A stretch of 59,710 nt of DNA, counting the filler. It is 9 parts of 9 records of this genome, joined end to end, with 100 filler letters (N's around TTAATTAATTAA, not from the genome) between each part and the next. Parts side by side here need not be neighbours in the genome. Positions count along the whole stretch, not along the records: positions 31,878 to 41,834 come from SRR31156797_92523; positions 41,935 to 47,635 come from SRR31156797_92745; positions 47,736 to 53,566 come from SRR31156797_92785; 6 more parts are not named here. One strand, 5' to 3'. The translations under genes and the position numbers were made by a program. Position 1 is the stretch's first letter. Each line of letters starts with the position of its first letter. The notes under the pieces were generated by a model that did no database searches, was not told the DNA's origin, and saw only the letters and a program-made list of their open reading frames with translations. Positions 38,691 through 49,664 of this stretch are shown here, piece after piece.

Positions 38691-39613
38691 GCATCTGCCC
38701 CATCACCTATGAACCGTGCGAGGGGAAATATTCGCTCCGGGGGCTGAAGAAATTCTCACGAAGCCTCAAGGAACTGAAGGATCTTCCCTACACCGCCTCG
38801 GATCAGATATTTGAAGCCGCGGCCCGTGCCCCCAAGATGTCGATCCAGGGGGTTCAGCCCAAGCTCAGTGCCGTCTTGAACACCCGTAAAAACGGTTTCG
38901 AGCTTGTGGATACCGGCGGCCGGTATATCTTGAAGCCCCAGAACCCCCAATACCGACACCTCCCGGAAAACGAGGACCTTTCAATGCGCCTGGCGGCCGC
39001 GGCCGGCATTCCGGTTCCCTTTCACGGGCTGGTTTATTCAAAAGACGGTTCCATGACCTATTTTATCCGGCGGTTTGACAGGGTGGGGAAAAAGAAAATC
39101 GCCGTGGAGGACTTCTCGCAGCTCCTGGGCCTGAGCCGAGACACCAAATACGATGCCTCCATGGAAAAAATCGCCAAGGTGATCGACCAATACTGCACCT
39201 TTCCGGCAGTGGAAAAAATAAAGCTGTTCAGACTGACCCTGGTGAATTTTCTCATCGGCAACGAGGACATGCACGTGAAAAACTTTTCCCTGATGACCCG
39301 GGATGGCAAGGTGGAGTTCACACCTGCCTATGATATCCTGAACACCACCATGGTGCTGTCTGATCCAAAAGAGGAGATCGCGCTGCCGATAAAAGGGATA
39401 AAACGCAAGCTGGATTTCGAAATTTTGATTGATTATTTCGGTCGGATTCGGCTGGGGCTGAACCGGAAAATCATATCGTCCTTGCTGGAGGATCTTAAGG
39501 GAGTGACACATGTTTGGGACAGACTTATCGGTGTCAGCTTTTTACCCCGGAAGATGAAAAGGGGATATCGTCTGTTGCTGGAAAGTAGACGCGTAAGGTT
39601 GTTGAATGGGTAG
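38687..39613 (+). CDS. HipA C-terminal kinase domain toxin (HipT-like)
   Basis: Gly-rich loop MSIQGVQPK, YILKP, ENE, RRFDR, GNEDMHVKNFS, PAYD. Confidence 0.9.
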   Translation: MSICPITYEPCEGKYSLRGLKKFSRSLKELKDLPYTASDQIFEAAARAPKMSIQGVQPKLSAVLNTRKNGFELVDTGGRYILKPQNPQYRHLPENEDLSMRLAAAAGIPVPFHGLVYSKDGSMTYFIRRFDRVGKKKIAVEDFSQLLGLSRDTKYDASMEKIAKVIDQYCTFPAVEKIKLFRLTLVNFLIGNEDMHVKNFSLMTRDGKVEFTPAYDILNTTMVLSDPKEEIALPIKGIKRKLDFEILIDYFGRIRLGLNRKIISSLLEDLKGVTHVWDRLIGVSFLPRKMKRGYRLLLESRRVRLLNG

Positions 39614-39748
39614 GGCCTTCGGGCTAATTGGATCGGTCTTTCCCTATTGCGTCGTTACCAAACCGTTTGCCTTTTAGAAATGGTCTACAACCCGGGACGA
39701 CTGCGCATGGCGTGGCAGCGCAATTGAAAAAGTGGAAGAATCCGCAAA

Positions 39749-40465
39749 TTATCCTCCCAGATAAGCCTTTTCCACATCGGGGTTGGCGATCAATTCGTCA
39801 GAGGCCCCTTTCAACGAAATAATGCCGTTTTCAAGCACGTAACCCCGCTGGGCGAATCGGAGTGCCATGCGCGCATTCTGCTCCACCAGCAAAATGGTGG
39901 TCCCTTCACCGCTGATGGCTTTTAATGCCTTAAAAACATCCAGCATCAAGAGGGGCGCCAGACCCATGGAAGGCTCATCCAGGAGCATCACCCGTCGACC
40001 GCTCATGAATGCACGGCCGATGGCCAGCATCTGTTGCTCTCCGCCGCTCAGGGTGCCCGATTTTTGAATTTCCCGCTCTTTCAGCCGTGGAAATATGGCG
40101 AAAACCCGTTCCATATCCTTTTGAATTTCAGGCCGGTCTTTACGGGCAAAGGTGGCCAGCTTCAGATTTTCCAGAATGGTCATATTTCCAAAAAGCCTGC
40201 GCCCTTCGGGAACGTGGGAAATGCCCAGTTCACTGACCACCCGGTCCGCGGAATATTGAAGAAGGTCCTTTCCATTGAAGACCATTTTTGTGCCGGATTC
40301 CACCGGAATCAGCCGTGAAATGGCCTGGAGAGTGGTGCTTTTTCCCGCGCCGTTGGCGCCGATCATGCAGACAATCTCCCCCCGGTCCACCTGGAAATCA
40401 ATCCCTTGAAGGGCCTTTATTTTTTCATAAGAGACCCTCAGATTTTCAATCTCTAAAAACATCAT
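39749..40465 (-). CDS. livF: Branched-chain amino acid ABC transporter ATP-binding protein
   Basis: GANGAGKST, HVPEGRRLF, LSGGEQQMLAIGRA, LDEPSMGLAP, VEQN. Confidence 0.92.
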   Translation of the reverse strand: MMFLEIENLRVSYEKIKALQGIDFQVDRGEIVCMIGANGAGKSTTLQAISRLIPVESGTKMVFNGKDLLQYSADRVVSELGISHVPEGRRLFGNMTILENLKLATFARKDRPEIQKDMERVFAIFPRLKEREIQKSGTLSGGEQQMLAIGRAFMSGRRVMLLDEPSMGLAPLLMLDVFKALKAISGEGTTILLVEQNARMALRFAQRGYVLENGIISLKGASDELIANPDVEKAYLGG

Positions 40466-41232
40466 TCCACCATATCCTGCCCCAGATAGGCATCAATGAC
40501 CTGTGGGTTATTCTGGATTTCCGTTGGGGTGCCTTCCGCAATCACTTCACCGAACACCAGTGTCTGGATTCGGTGGCAGAGTTCCATGACCACTTTCAAA
40601 CGGTGTTCAATGAGGAAAATGGCCACCCTCATTTTTTCGTGGATCAGCCTGATGATTTCCATCATCTGGAGCAACTCTTCCGGGTTCATCCCTGCGGTGG
40701 GCTCATCCAGAAAGAGGACTTTCGGTTCCGTGGCCAGGGCCCGGGCCATTTCCACCCGCCGTTGGGCACCGTACGGCAGCTGAAGGACATTTTGATGGGC
40801 AAATCCATGAACGCCCACCATTTCCAGTAACTCAAGGGCCGTTGTTTCGATGGCCTCTTCTTCCCGGTTCCGCTTTGGGGTTCCGAAAAATGCCCCCGTA
40901 AGCCCATAGGTCAGCCGCGAATACCGGGCCATCTTGACATGTTCCAGAACGGACATGTGGCGCCACAGCCTCAAGTTTTGAAAGGTCCGGCCCAACCCCT
41001 TTGAAGCGATCCGGTGGGGCCTTAATCCCACGATGTTTTCCCCCTCCAGGATAACGCTCCCCTCACTGGGGTGATGGATGCCGGTAATGAGGTTGAACAC
41101 GGTGGTCTTGCCCGCCCCGTTGGGGCCGATCAAGGCGCGGATCTGGCCCGGTTCAATTTCAAGATTATATCGGTGTACCGCCCGCAGGCCCCCGAAATAG
41201 TGCGTCATGTTTTTTACCTGCAGAAGGGGCAT
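40462..41232 (-). CDS. livG: Branched-chain amino acid ABC transporter ATP-binding protein
   Basis: [43 protein letters not shown]. Confidence 0.92.
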   Translation of the reverse strand: MPLLQVKNMTHYFGGLRAVHRYNLEIEPGQIRALIGPNGAGKTTVFNLITGIHHPSEGSVILEGENIVGLRPHRIASKGLGRTFQNLRLWRHMSVLEHVKMARYSRLTYGLTGAFFGTPKRNREEEAIETTALELLEMVGVHGFAHQNVLQLPYGAQRRVEMARALATEPKVLFLDEPTAGMNPEELLQMMEIIRLIHEKMRVAIFLIEHRLKVVMELCHRIQTLVFGEVIAEGTPTEIQNNPQVIDAYLGQDMVE

Positions 41233-41233
41233 C

Positions 41234-41834
41234 TCAATCCTCAATCGGGGTTTGGATTTTGGGCTTAATCAGATTTCCCACATTGAATTCCTTGAAAGCG
41301 ATGAGCCCCGTGGGCCGGAAAATCATCACCAGAATAAGCAGAAGGGGGATAATGATCCATTTCAGTATTTCAAGGGGCCGTAAGGCTTCGCTTAAAAGGC
41401 TGAGACTGACCGCTCCCAGGATGGAGCCGTAGACCGAATTGAGCCCCCCGAAATAGACCATGGCCAACCCTTCGGCCAACCGTTGAATGCCGAAGGTGCC
41501 GGGATTGATGTAGCGAAGCACGTGGGCAAACAGCCCCCCCGCCACACCGGCCCAGAAAGCGGCAAAGAGAAATCCCACCATCTTGGTTTTCCGGGTATTC
41601 ACGGTCATGGCGTCGGCCGCGGTTTCATCGTCCCGCACGGCATTTAAGGCCTTGCCCATGGTAGATCGAACAAAGTTATTGATAATCCAGACACATAACA
41701 CAGCCCATATGAACACCGTGGGCAGATTGGCCCAGTTGGGCTGGCTCCCCATCCCTCTGGGCCCCCCCACCATTTCCAGGTTCTCAAAAAGGCTTTTGAC
41801 GATAAACATGAAGGCCAGGGAAATAATGGCCAGG
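41234..41834 (-). CDS. livM: Branched-chain amino acid ABC transporter permease, 5' truncated
   Basis: GKALNAVRDDETAADAM, AGVAGGLFAH, GGLNSVYGSILGA, RPTGL. Confidence 0.88.
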
Positions 41835-41934
41835 NNNNNNNNNNNNNNNNNNNNNNNNNNNNNNNNNNNNNNNNNNNNTTAATTAATTAANNNNNNNNNN
41901 NNNNNNNNNNNNNNNNNNNNNNNNNNNNNNNNNN

Positions 41935-44597
41935 AATACGGATCCATGAAGATGACATTTTCAAAGGCCTATTCGGCCTTTGGGCAGGCCATCATCGATA
42001 CCCAGCTGGAACAAAAGCGAAACGAAATCGTCTGCCATCAGGTCAAGAACATACTCAGGGTATTTTTCGGTATGTCATCGGACCAGGGAGGCAAGGCCGA
42101 TGTGCCTCCGCCCCTGCCCGAAGATGCCCGGAGCCTGCTCAAAAAACATGCGCACTGTGCCCGGGAGGTGTTTGAACTGACCTATGATTTTATCGTCAAT
42201 GCCAAACCCTATGAAAAGGGGCTGGAATTCGGCACCCATGCCCTTGTAAGCCGGCTCCTCTACGACAATGACAAATCCATTATCGGCCGGGTCCGGGACC
42301 GAATCAACAAGGACATCAATGACATCCTGTCTGCCACGGAAAAAGACCAGCGCCTGGCAAGGATCGACACCCTGAGAAAGCAGCTGGACCGAGACCTGGG
42401 CATAGATGGTGAAGCGACCGATCCGGGGGCTCGGGCACTGGAAAACAGCATCAGGGACCAGCGGAAAAGACTGTATGAAAAGCTGGTTGGTGACGACGAC
42501 GGTCTGATCAATGCGCTCTGGGCCGCCGTTGACAACAAGGAAAGGGGCGGACTGGGGTACACCCTCCAGCTCATTGAGCTTTTAAAGGATGACATCTCCA
42601 ATAAGAAAACCGGCCTGATCATGCAGATCACCCGGGCGGAACACTGGTTCAGCGGCCTTTGCGATACCATCAAGGACAAGGAACTCCAGGTTCTAAGAGA
42701 ACACCTGAACCAGACCCGGGGCCGGGGCCTTTTCGGCTTCGGCAACCGGGAGGCCCATGCCGAGGCCAAACTGGAACAGACCGGCGAAGCCATCCGCTGG
42801 TATGCCGAAGCCCGTCTCCGGGCGGTTGCAGCCAGGGAGGCCGCCATACTGCTCCGGGACCTGGCCAAGTGGCTGGGCAAACATGAGGGAATGGATGACA
42901 ATACCGGAAAAAAACGCTGGTCCAAAAACAGTTTTGCCGGAAAACTGGTGGCCTTTGAATCCCTTATCCGGGACATTACATCGGCCATGGACGAGGAGGT
43001 GGAACGTTCCAGGGAGGCCTTAAAACAGGATCATCCCACTTACCAAATCGTTAAGGCCACGGTAAAGGAGCTGGATGAGGCTGGCCAGGTATCGCCGGAG
43101 CAGGCCAAGGCATGGGCCCGGACAATTTTTGACAACCTCGGGGGGGCCCGGGAGATATTCAAAGAACTCAAACAGGCCAAGCAGATATTGAACGGTCAGC
43201 CTGCGCCCAAGAACGGGACCAACCTGATCCTCCGGCTGAAGAATCTGGTCCTGGCCCATCTCCCGTCCTTGGGCAGCGGCGAGGAGAACCCACTGATCCA
43301 AGCCTTTTCCCACATGTCCGAAGCCGAGCGCAGGGTGTATTTTGAAAACTGCCTGGGCATGGCCATGCCTTGGGTGGAAGTCAACCTTGAAGGGGCCTGG
43401 ACCGTAGACCCTGACCAGTATGCCTGTGTGATCGGCGTCAGCGGGGCCAAAGTGTTTGAAAAAAAATTCGGGGATGATTTTAAAAGCGCGCTGCCGGCCC
43501 TGGCCCGGATGTCCCCGGACAAAATCAGTTTTTATGAAACCGGGGTGTCAGGAAAACTGACCTGTTATGTGGAACTCTCCGGGGTGCCCCTGCCGGCCTT
43601 GAAAATGCTTGCCAACTGGAAGGCCTCCTACAAGGAAGCCGGAAAAAAAATCCCGGTCCACACCCATAAGGACAAAACCATATTCGTCCACCCCATCGCC
43701 CCCAGTGCCGAATCCCTGGACCGGCTTGCAGACCACTTCAAAACCTATATACAGGGCATTGTCTTCAACATACTCAAACGGCGGAAAGACCATCTCTATT
43801 GTTTTAAGATATCCGGCGATACCCTTGCCGTGGGCAACGAACGGGCCATCCGCATGGAGGGAATGGACAGCGAGCACTTGAATGAATTCAAGCCCAAACT
43901 CACCAAAGCCATGGACCGCATCAAAACTCCGGCGCAGGTGGCCGGGCTGGACGCCATTTATGACTACTATATCCGTCGCGTCTATCCTCCCAGGAAAATC
44001 ATGGATGAAGACATGCGGGAGAATATGCAGAAAGGTTTCTGCAATGTCATGGGCGAGGACCTCAAAAAACAGACAGGCAGATTACTGGAGAAGAAGTATG
44101 GAACATCGGACATGGACCTGTCGGTCCTGTCGGCCAAGCTGAAAGATCCCGCGAACCTGGATGTCTGGACAGATGAGGTTGCGGGTTCAGAATCGGATGT
44201 CTATGAAATCGAAATCGGAGACACCTTTTTTCCCAAGCGGACGCTCAGGCCGGAATTTTTCGAGCCCGGATGGCTGGAGTCCAGATTCCTGCCCCTGGCC
44301 AGCCCCAAACCGGCCACTTCCCTGGAAGCGCCAGGGCCGGTCCCGGCTGTCGGGGGAACCTGGTGGGTGGCCCTGAACAGACAAAAGGACGGCCCCCATG
44401 AATGGTCCCGGTTGGAATCGTTGATCGCACAAGGGGTGGTGACCATGGACACCAAGGTCTGGACATCGGGATTTCCAAAATGGGAACCGGCCGGCCAGGT
44501 GGATGAACTGGCCGTATTGTTCCACCAGCCGCCACCGCTGGAGGAAGACCAGCCCCCTCCCCTGGAGGAAGGACCGCCGGACATTGACGGGGTGTAA
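41935..44597 (+). CDS. C-terminal ~885 aa of a large protein, probably tubulin-like (Tubulin_2/FtsZl family), ending in a GYF_2 (DUF4339) domain and a Pro/acidic tail
   Basis: Frame open at the contig edge. 'YSAFG' followed by long helical segments and 'CYVELSGVPL..W..SY..PVHTH' resembles the post-GTPase region of Tubulin_2 proteins. WWVALNRQKDGP..L..G..TKVW.SG..W is the GYF_2 pattern. The GTPase domain itself is not in the window. Confidence 0.6.
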
Positions 44598-44675
44598 AAG
44601 GCGGCAACCAATACCCATCGCACGATTGTGAACACCGGGCGGCTGCCTGTTGCAGCCGGCCATGCCTGAAGGAGC

Positions 44676-45536
44676 ATGCGGCATATGCCGGAAACATCCT
44701 ATCCCATTCCATGTGGGACCTGTAAAACATCATTGTATGGAAAGGTTGACTATTGCCCGTACTGCGGCTGCCTTCTGACAGAGAAGCCGCCTCCCCCGAA
44801 CCTGGAGGAACTCCGCCCGGCCCCCGGGGAGCACGGATTTGAACCGCCCACGGAAGATCCCCCCCCTTCCCCGGCCCCTGGGCCAAAAGAGCCGCCCCCT
44901 GCGCCCATGGAAACGGCCCCCCCATACTTTGAACCGGTTGCCCCGGGAAATGGGGAAAAAATACACTGTCCTAAAAAAACGGCTGCCCTTCCTGTGGAGC
45001 CGAAACAGGCACCGGCCGGGCGAGAAAAATCGAATCTGGCCCCTGCCCTGGTCGTCCTCACTGCCCTGTTGATCGCTGGGGCTGCCGGGTTTTATTTATA
45101 CGGATACGGCGTTCTGGCACCCGGCAGCCAGAACGCCATTGCCAGGGCAGGCCAGGCCCTGGATAAGGGAATCCAGCTGTCAATCCTCTGCACCAATCTT
45201 CCCAGGTTGGAAAAAAGGACAAAGACGGCAAAAAAATTGTACGACATCAATCCGTCAAAATATAAGGATACGTTCACCGCTGAAAAAAAATTAATGGCAT
45301 TGGCCTTAAAAAAAAGACAGGACCTGCTTGCGGCTTATATCCGCCTGGCAGGGAAACTGGACAAAAGCGACCCCAATTTTCTGTCCAGGTCATTGGCCTC
45401 AATCCAGGCTCACCCCCAAGGGGATCGCGGCCGGCAAGTCGCCGGGCTGCTGGCCCGACATGTCCCTGCCCTGAAGAAACACCCCCCACCGGGTTCCCAA
45501 CAAATTTTGTCGGACTTCACCAGGCAATTTAAATAA
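44676..45536 (+). CDS. Zn-ribbon, Pro-rich, single-TM membrane protein
   Basis: CGTC..CPYCG, a Pro-rich linker, TM segment LVVLTALLIAGAAGFYLY, then a helical extracytoplasmic domain; GGAG RBS. Confidence 0.75.
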   Translation: MRHMPETSYPIPCGTCKTSLYGKVDYCPYCGCLLTEKPPPPNLEELRPAPGEHGFEPPTEDPPPSPAPGPKEPPPAPMETAPPYFEPVAPGNGEKIHCPKKTAALPVEPKQAPAGREKSNLAPALVVLTALLIAGAAGFYLYGYGVLAPGSQNAIARAGQALDKGIQLSILCTNLPRLEKRTKTAKKLYDINPSKYKDTFTAEKKLMALALKKRQDLLAAYIRLAGKLDKSDPNFLSRSLASIQAHPQGDRGRQVAGLLARHVPALKKHPPPGSQQILSDFTRQFK

Positions 45537-45587
45537 ATGAACCAAGCAAGCAAAACGCTAAAAAACGCCACAAAAAAGGAAAAACAA

Positions 45588-46301
45588 ATGAAACTTCAGA
45601 TGGAACAAGGCATTATTTTATGGATAATCCTGGTATTTTTATCGGGCTGTGTAACCACAGGGACCAACACCGCTCATACGGATCCTTGCAGCCCGGTGGA
45701 CCGGTCACGATTAGAAAATGAGGGCACGGCCCTTGTTGCCATTGGCGGCGCTTTAGCAGGCGCAATTATAGGCCAGCTGCACGGTAAAAATACGAAGAGC
45801 ACCCTGATCGGGGGCGCATCAGGTCTGCTGGCCGGCGGCATCATCGGCCGGGAGTGGGGGAAGACCATTGCTGACCGGAAAGAACAGTATGCCAGTAAAG
45901 AATGCCGTCTCAAAGGAGAACTTGATCTTGTGACAGCCCGGAACAGCCAGCTCAAAGCATCAAACAAAAAACTTGCTGCTGAAGTTAAGCGCAGGAAGCA
46001 GACCGTTGCCCGCCTCAAAGAACAATATTTGGCAAAAGAAATCAAAGCAAAGGACCTGAAGCTGCAACAGGAAAAAATCAAGCAGGAAGTACTTGCCCTG
46101 ACTGAAATTAAAGAAAATCTGACTGCGGAACTATCCGCCCTGAAGGCCTACCATGACAGCATTCAGGCATCAGGGGACCCGGTTAGGCTGGCTGAACTGA
46201 AAATCGAAATCGAGTCCCTCCAGAGCGGCATAAATGATTTGAATACAAGCAACCGCGAACTTGCCCGGATGGCAGCCACCCTTGATCTGAGGCGCTCATA
46301 A
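45588..46301 (+). CDS. Lipoprotein with glycine zipper and long coiled coil
   Basis: Lipobox LSGC; GGALAGAIIG..LIGGASGLLAGGIIG; heptad-rich C-terminus. Start uncertain (45537, 45588 or 45600). Confidence 0.8.
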   Translation: MKLQMEQGIILWIILVFLSGCVTTGTNTAHTDPCSPVDRSRLENEGTALVAIGGALAGAIIGQLHGKNTKSTLIGGASGLLAGGIIGREWGKTIADRKEQYASKECRLKGELDLVTARNSQLKASNKKLAAEVKRRKQTVARLKEQYLAKEIKAKDLKLQQEKIKQEVLALTEIKENLTAELSALKAYHDSIQASGDPVRLAELKIEIESLQSGINDLNTSNRELARMAATLDLRRS

Positions 46302-46822
46302 TGAAATGGAGATATTTCTTCCTGACTGTGGCGGCAATATTAACCCTGTCGTCATGCGGTACCGGCGGATTTCTTGATGAAGCCGTGAACGTCCACACCG
46401 GTGTATACGAAAAACGGAATGCAGAAAAAAACAAGGCCATTGATCGGCAGCAAAAAGAACATCTGGCCCTCCTGTCAGAATCCGACAGGCTGACAACGTG
46501 GTCAAGGGAATATGAACAATTGCTGGCCCAGGAACAGTACCGGGTGGCCGCGATGGAAAAACGCCTTGAACGATTGGTCTCCAAGATCCGAACCCTGACC
46601 GGCCAATACGCCGATAGCACCATTGATATCAACACTTTAAAAGACAAAATCTCCACCTGTCAAACCCGTCTCACCAGACAGAAGTCAGCGGTCTCAGCAA
46701 TGGAGCAGGGACTGGTTGACCCGGCAAGAATCCGCATGCTGGAACAGGAAAGGGATGAACTAAAAAAAGAGTACAAGGCCCTGCTGGAGTATTCCCAGGC
46801 AATCGTAAATACAGTGGATTAG
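46301..46822 (+). CDS. Coiled-coil lipoprotein
   Basis: Lipobox LSSC; TAATG overlap with the previous gene; heptad pattern. Confidence 0.8.
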   Translation: MKWRYFFLTVAAILTLSSCGTGGFLDEAVNVHTGVYEKRNAEKNKAIDRQQKEHLALLSESDRLTTWSREYEQLLAQEQYRVAAMEKRLERLVSKIRTLTGQYADSTIDINTLKDKISTCQTRLTRQKSAVSAMEQGLVDPARIRMLEQERDELKKEYKALLEYSQAIVNTVD

Positions 46823-46931
46823 TCTTTTCATGTAGGAATATTTCAAACCGAACACCCATTGCAAGGGGATGCCGCTTTGAGTCCGGCATCCTGTTTTTAT
46901 TGGCCGATATCCTGTCCCCCAAGGAACTCAT

Positions 46932-47635
46932 ATGATGAACAACCGGATCAACCTGTTCCTCAATAATAATGTAAAGAAGATCAACCGGCTAATTCGCCGT
47001 GTCTTTTTTATTCTGCATTTCATCATTGCCGCCCAGTTGACGGCCCAGGCCGGCCAGCCCTATCCCAAAAGCAATTCAAAATACGATTATGCCGTAACAA
47101 AAGCAGAAAACACGATCTGTTCTGCCATACGGTTACAATGCACGGAAAAGCAGATTAAATCAGCCAAGGATGCACTGGAAAAGGTCAAGGAAGACTTGAT
47201 CGCCTTTGAGCATGCATTGCTTGCAAAAGATATCTACCATGAAAGGTCAAAGATGGTCCTGGGCGGGTGGCGGAGGCTAAGCCATACTGAACTGCTTCGG
47301 TTGGGATTAAATCCACCGGACTTTAAAAACCTGGGCAGCGAATTCAGGGCCGGCCTCTATCACCACCCGGAAAAAAAACGATATGCCTTGGTTTTTAAAG
47401 GAACCTCCGCCTGGGAGGACTGGCTCAATAACCTTTCCCAAAAAATTCCCTACTTCAAACTGATCGAGTTGATTGACAAAACGCCTGTCAATCAGACAGC
47501 ATACCCCGTGCTCCTTTTTATCCTGAAGGCCTCTCCCTTCCTGGTCCCTTTTGACTATCATAAAAAAGCCGTCAATCTTGCCCTTTCCGTTAAGACCGCA
47601 TTAAAAGATAAATTGGAAAAAAAAGGGATCATCCT
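46932..47635 (+). CDS. Secreted alpha/beta-hydrolase lipase (lipase_3/DUF2974/Tle-like); 3' truncated
   Basis: Signal-like N-terminus; ALLAKDIY, FRAGLY, YALVFKGT..DWLNNL. Truncated just before the expected GHSxG. Confidence 0.7.
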
Positions 47636-47993
47636 NNNNNNNNNNNNNNNNNNNNNNNNNNNNNNNNNNNNNNNNNNNNTTAATTAATTAANNNNNNNNN
47701 NNNNNNNNNNNNNNNNNNNNNNNNNNNNNNNNNNNCGAGGAAGCTATGAGGAGCGCCAAACGTCCTCAAGTGATTTTCCACTGATACTGCCATTCAAGAT
47801 GATCCCGGCTGTCTGCCCATTGCGCCTTGGCGACGATTCCGAAAAGAAGGCCGGGTTGAGTCACTCGAAATTAGATCTGAATACGAAATCCGGCGGTTAT
47901 TTTCTGCTCGGATTCGGGGCCTGCCCCGGCGCCTACAACCATCAGGTTGAAAAATCCGGTAAAAATCCGAAATTTGGTTTCATTGCTACTGAT

Positions 47994-48013
47994 TTTGGTA
48001 TAAAATTACCAAA
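47994..48013. promoter_or_regulatory. Palindromic operator upstream of the ABC operon
   Basis: TTTGGTA-taaaat-TACCAAA. Confidence 0.45.
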
Positions 48014-48120
48014 TATGGCCAATTTCATTGATATTGACTTTCCAAGCGGCGGTAACTTATGGTTAAAACTACGTAGTCTTGGATTGAATTATATCATCTG
48101 GGAGAGGAAAGGGAGACGAA

Positions 48121-49488
48121 ATGGAGGCCAATTCTAAGAAGACAAAATCGGCGGTTGGCGGCATAAGCCGGCGTCGGGTTCTCGGTGGGTTCGGAGCTGC
48201 GGCCGTCGGCGCAGCGGCGGCTCCGCTCGTCGGTAGAAGTGCATGGGGGGCCAAGGGTCCCATCAAAATCAGCTTTTGGACGTTTGAAAATCCGCAGCAG
48301 CGCCCGTGGATTCACAAGCGCATCAAACTGTATATGGAGAAGAACCCCAACGTTAAGGTGGACTTCCAGTATTACACCTTCGGGGATCTTGGAAAGAAAC
48401 TCAGTGTCGGTTTCGCGACAGGAACGGCGCCGGAAGGTTTCATCAGCCAGGACTGGTTTATGCCGATCTGGCTGGACAAGGGATTGTTGGCGCCGCTCGA
48501 TCCGGGATTGCTCGGATACTCGTCACTGGCCGATTTCGAGGCCGTTCACGCCAAAGCATCCGTACAGAGCGCCATTTCCAATGGCAAGATCTACGGTTTT
48601 CCGTTCAACTTCTATGGCTACGAGAATTACCTGAACACGAGGCAGTTCAAGGAAGTCGGTCTCGACGCCGAAAAGGACTGGCCGAAGGATTGGGAAGAGC
48701 TCGGCGAAGTCGCCAAGCGCCTGACCATCAAGGACGGCAGCCGGTTCGTCCGTCAGGGCTTCAAATTCGCGATGCACTCCCCGACCTGGACCATGATCCA
48801 ATACAATCCGATCCTGATCCAGCACGGCGGCGAATGGTTCGACGCCAACGGCAAGTGCGCCGTCAACAACGCGGCCGGCATCAAGGCAATGGAAGTCCGT
48901 TCCTCCATGGTCCGCGAATACGGGGCCGAGGATGCGGCGGATACGATCGCGACCAACCCGCTTCCGCAGATGGACTGGCTGAAGGAACGGTGTTCCATGT
49001 TCTTCTGCCATCCGATTCCGGAACCGGCGATCACGTCGCAGAATCCGGCGATGGTGAAAGAAAAGTACTACCGTCCGGTGCAGTATCCGGGCGTCGAGCG
49101 GGGCAAGGGCTATTCGACAACGTACGGCTTCCATTTTGTCGCCAATGCCCAGGCCGACAGCGCCAAGCAGGAAGTTCTTCAGGATATGTATCGCTTCATC
49201 ATGAGCGATATCCTGGACCTGTGGAACGACGTCAAACCGTTTACCCCAGCCCGGAAGGGTGCGTGGTCGGACGATCCCGCCGCCACCAACTTCCCGTTCG
49301 CCGGCGAATTCATCACCGCACGGGACAACGGCGTGTTCCTGCCGCGGACGCTGGTATTCAACGAGCTGGCAGACGCCATGCACCGGGCCGTTCAGAATGT
49401 CGTGCTTAACAACGGCGACATCAAAGCAAGCCTGGATGCTGCTGCTGCCGACGTTGATCGCGCGGTTGCAGGTTACAAACGGGGTTAA
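48121..49488 (+). CDS. Carbohydrate-type ABC transporter substrate-binding protein (Tat signal)
   Basis: SRRRVLG Tat motif; NPNVKV, GKIYGFP, PKDWEEL. Confidence 0.9.
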   Translation: MEANSKKTKSAVGGISRRRVLGGFGAAAVGAAAAPLVGRSAWGAKGPIKISFWTFENPQQRPWIHKRIKLYMEKNPNVKVDFQYYTFGDLGKKLSVGFATGTAPEGFISQDWFMPIWLDKGLLAPLDPGLLGYSSLADFEAVHAKASVQSAISNGKIYGFPFNFYGYENYLNTRQFKEVGLDAEKDWPKDWEELGEVAKRLTIKDGSRFVRQGFKFAMHSPTWTMIQYNPILIQHGGEWFDANGKCAVNNAAGIKAMEVRSSMVREYGAEDAADTIATNPLPQMDWLKERCSMFFCHPIPEPAITSQNPAMVKEKYYRPVQYPGVERGKGYSTTYGFHFVANAQADSAKQEVLQDMYRFIMSDILDLWNDVKPFTPARKGAWSDDPAATNFPFAGEFITARDNGVFLPRTLVFNELADAMHRAVQNVVLNNGDIKASLDAAAADVDRAVAGYKRG

Positions 49489-49664
49489 GTCGCCCCGTCC
49501 GACTTTGAGACGATCACTTGGGGCGGCGAAGTCCAGCGGCGGATGCCGACCGCGACAGCGGGCTCGTCGCCCCCCCGTTCGTCCGTTTTACCAGTGAGAG
49601 TTTTCTAAGACGAAAAACCGGCTATCATTTAAAATTAGCTTTTACGACAAGGATTTGAGGAAAC

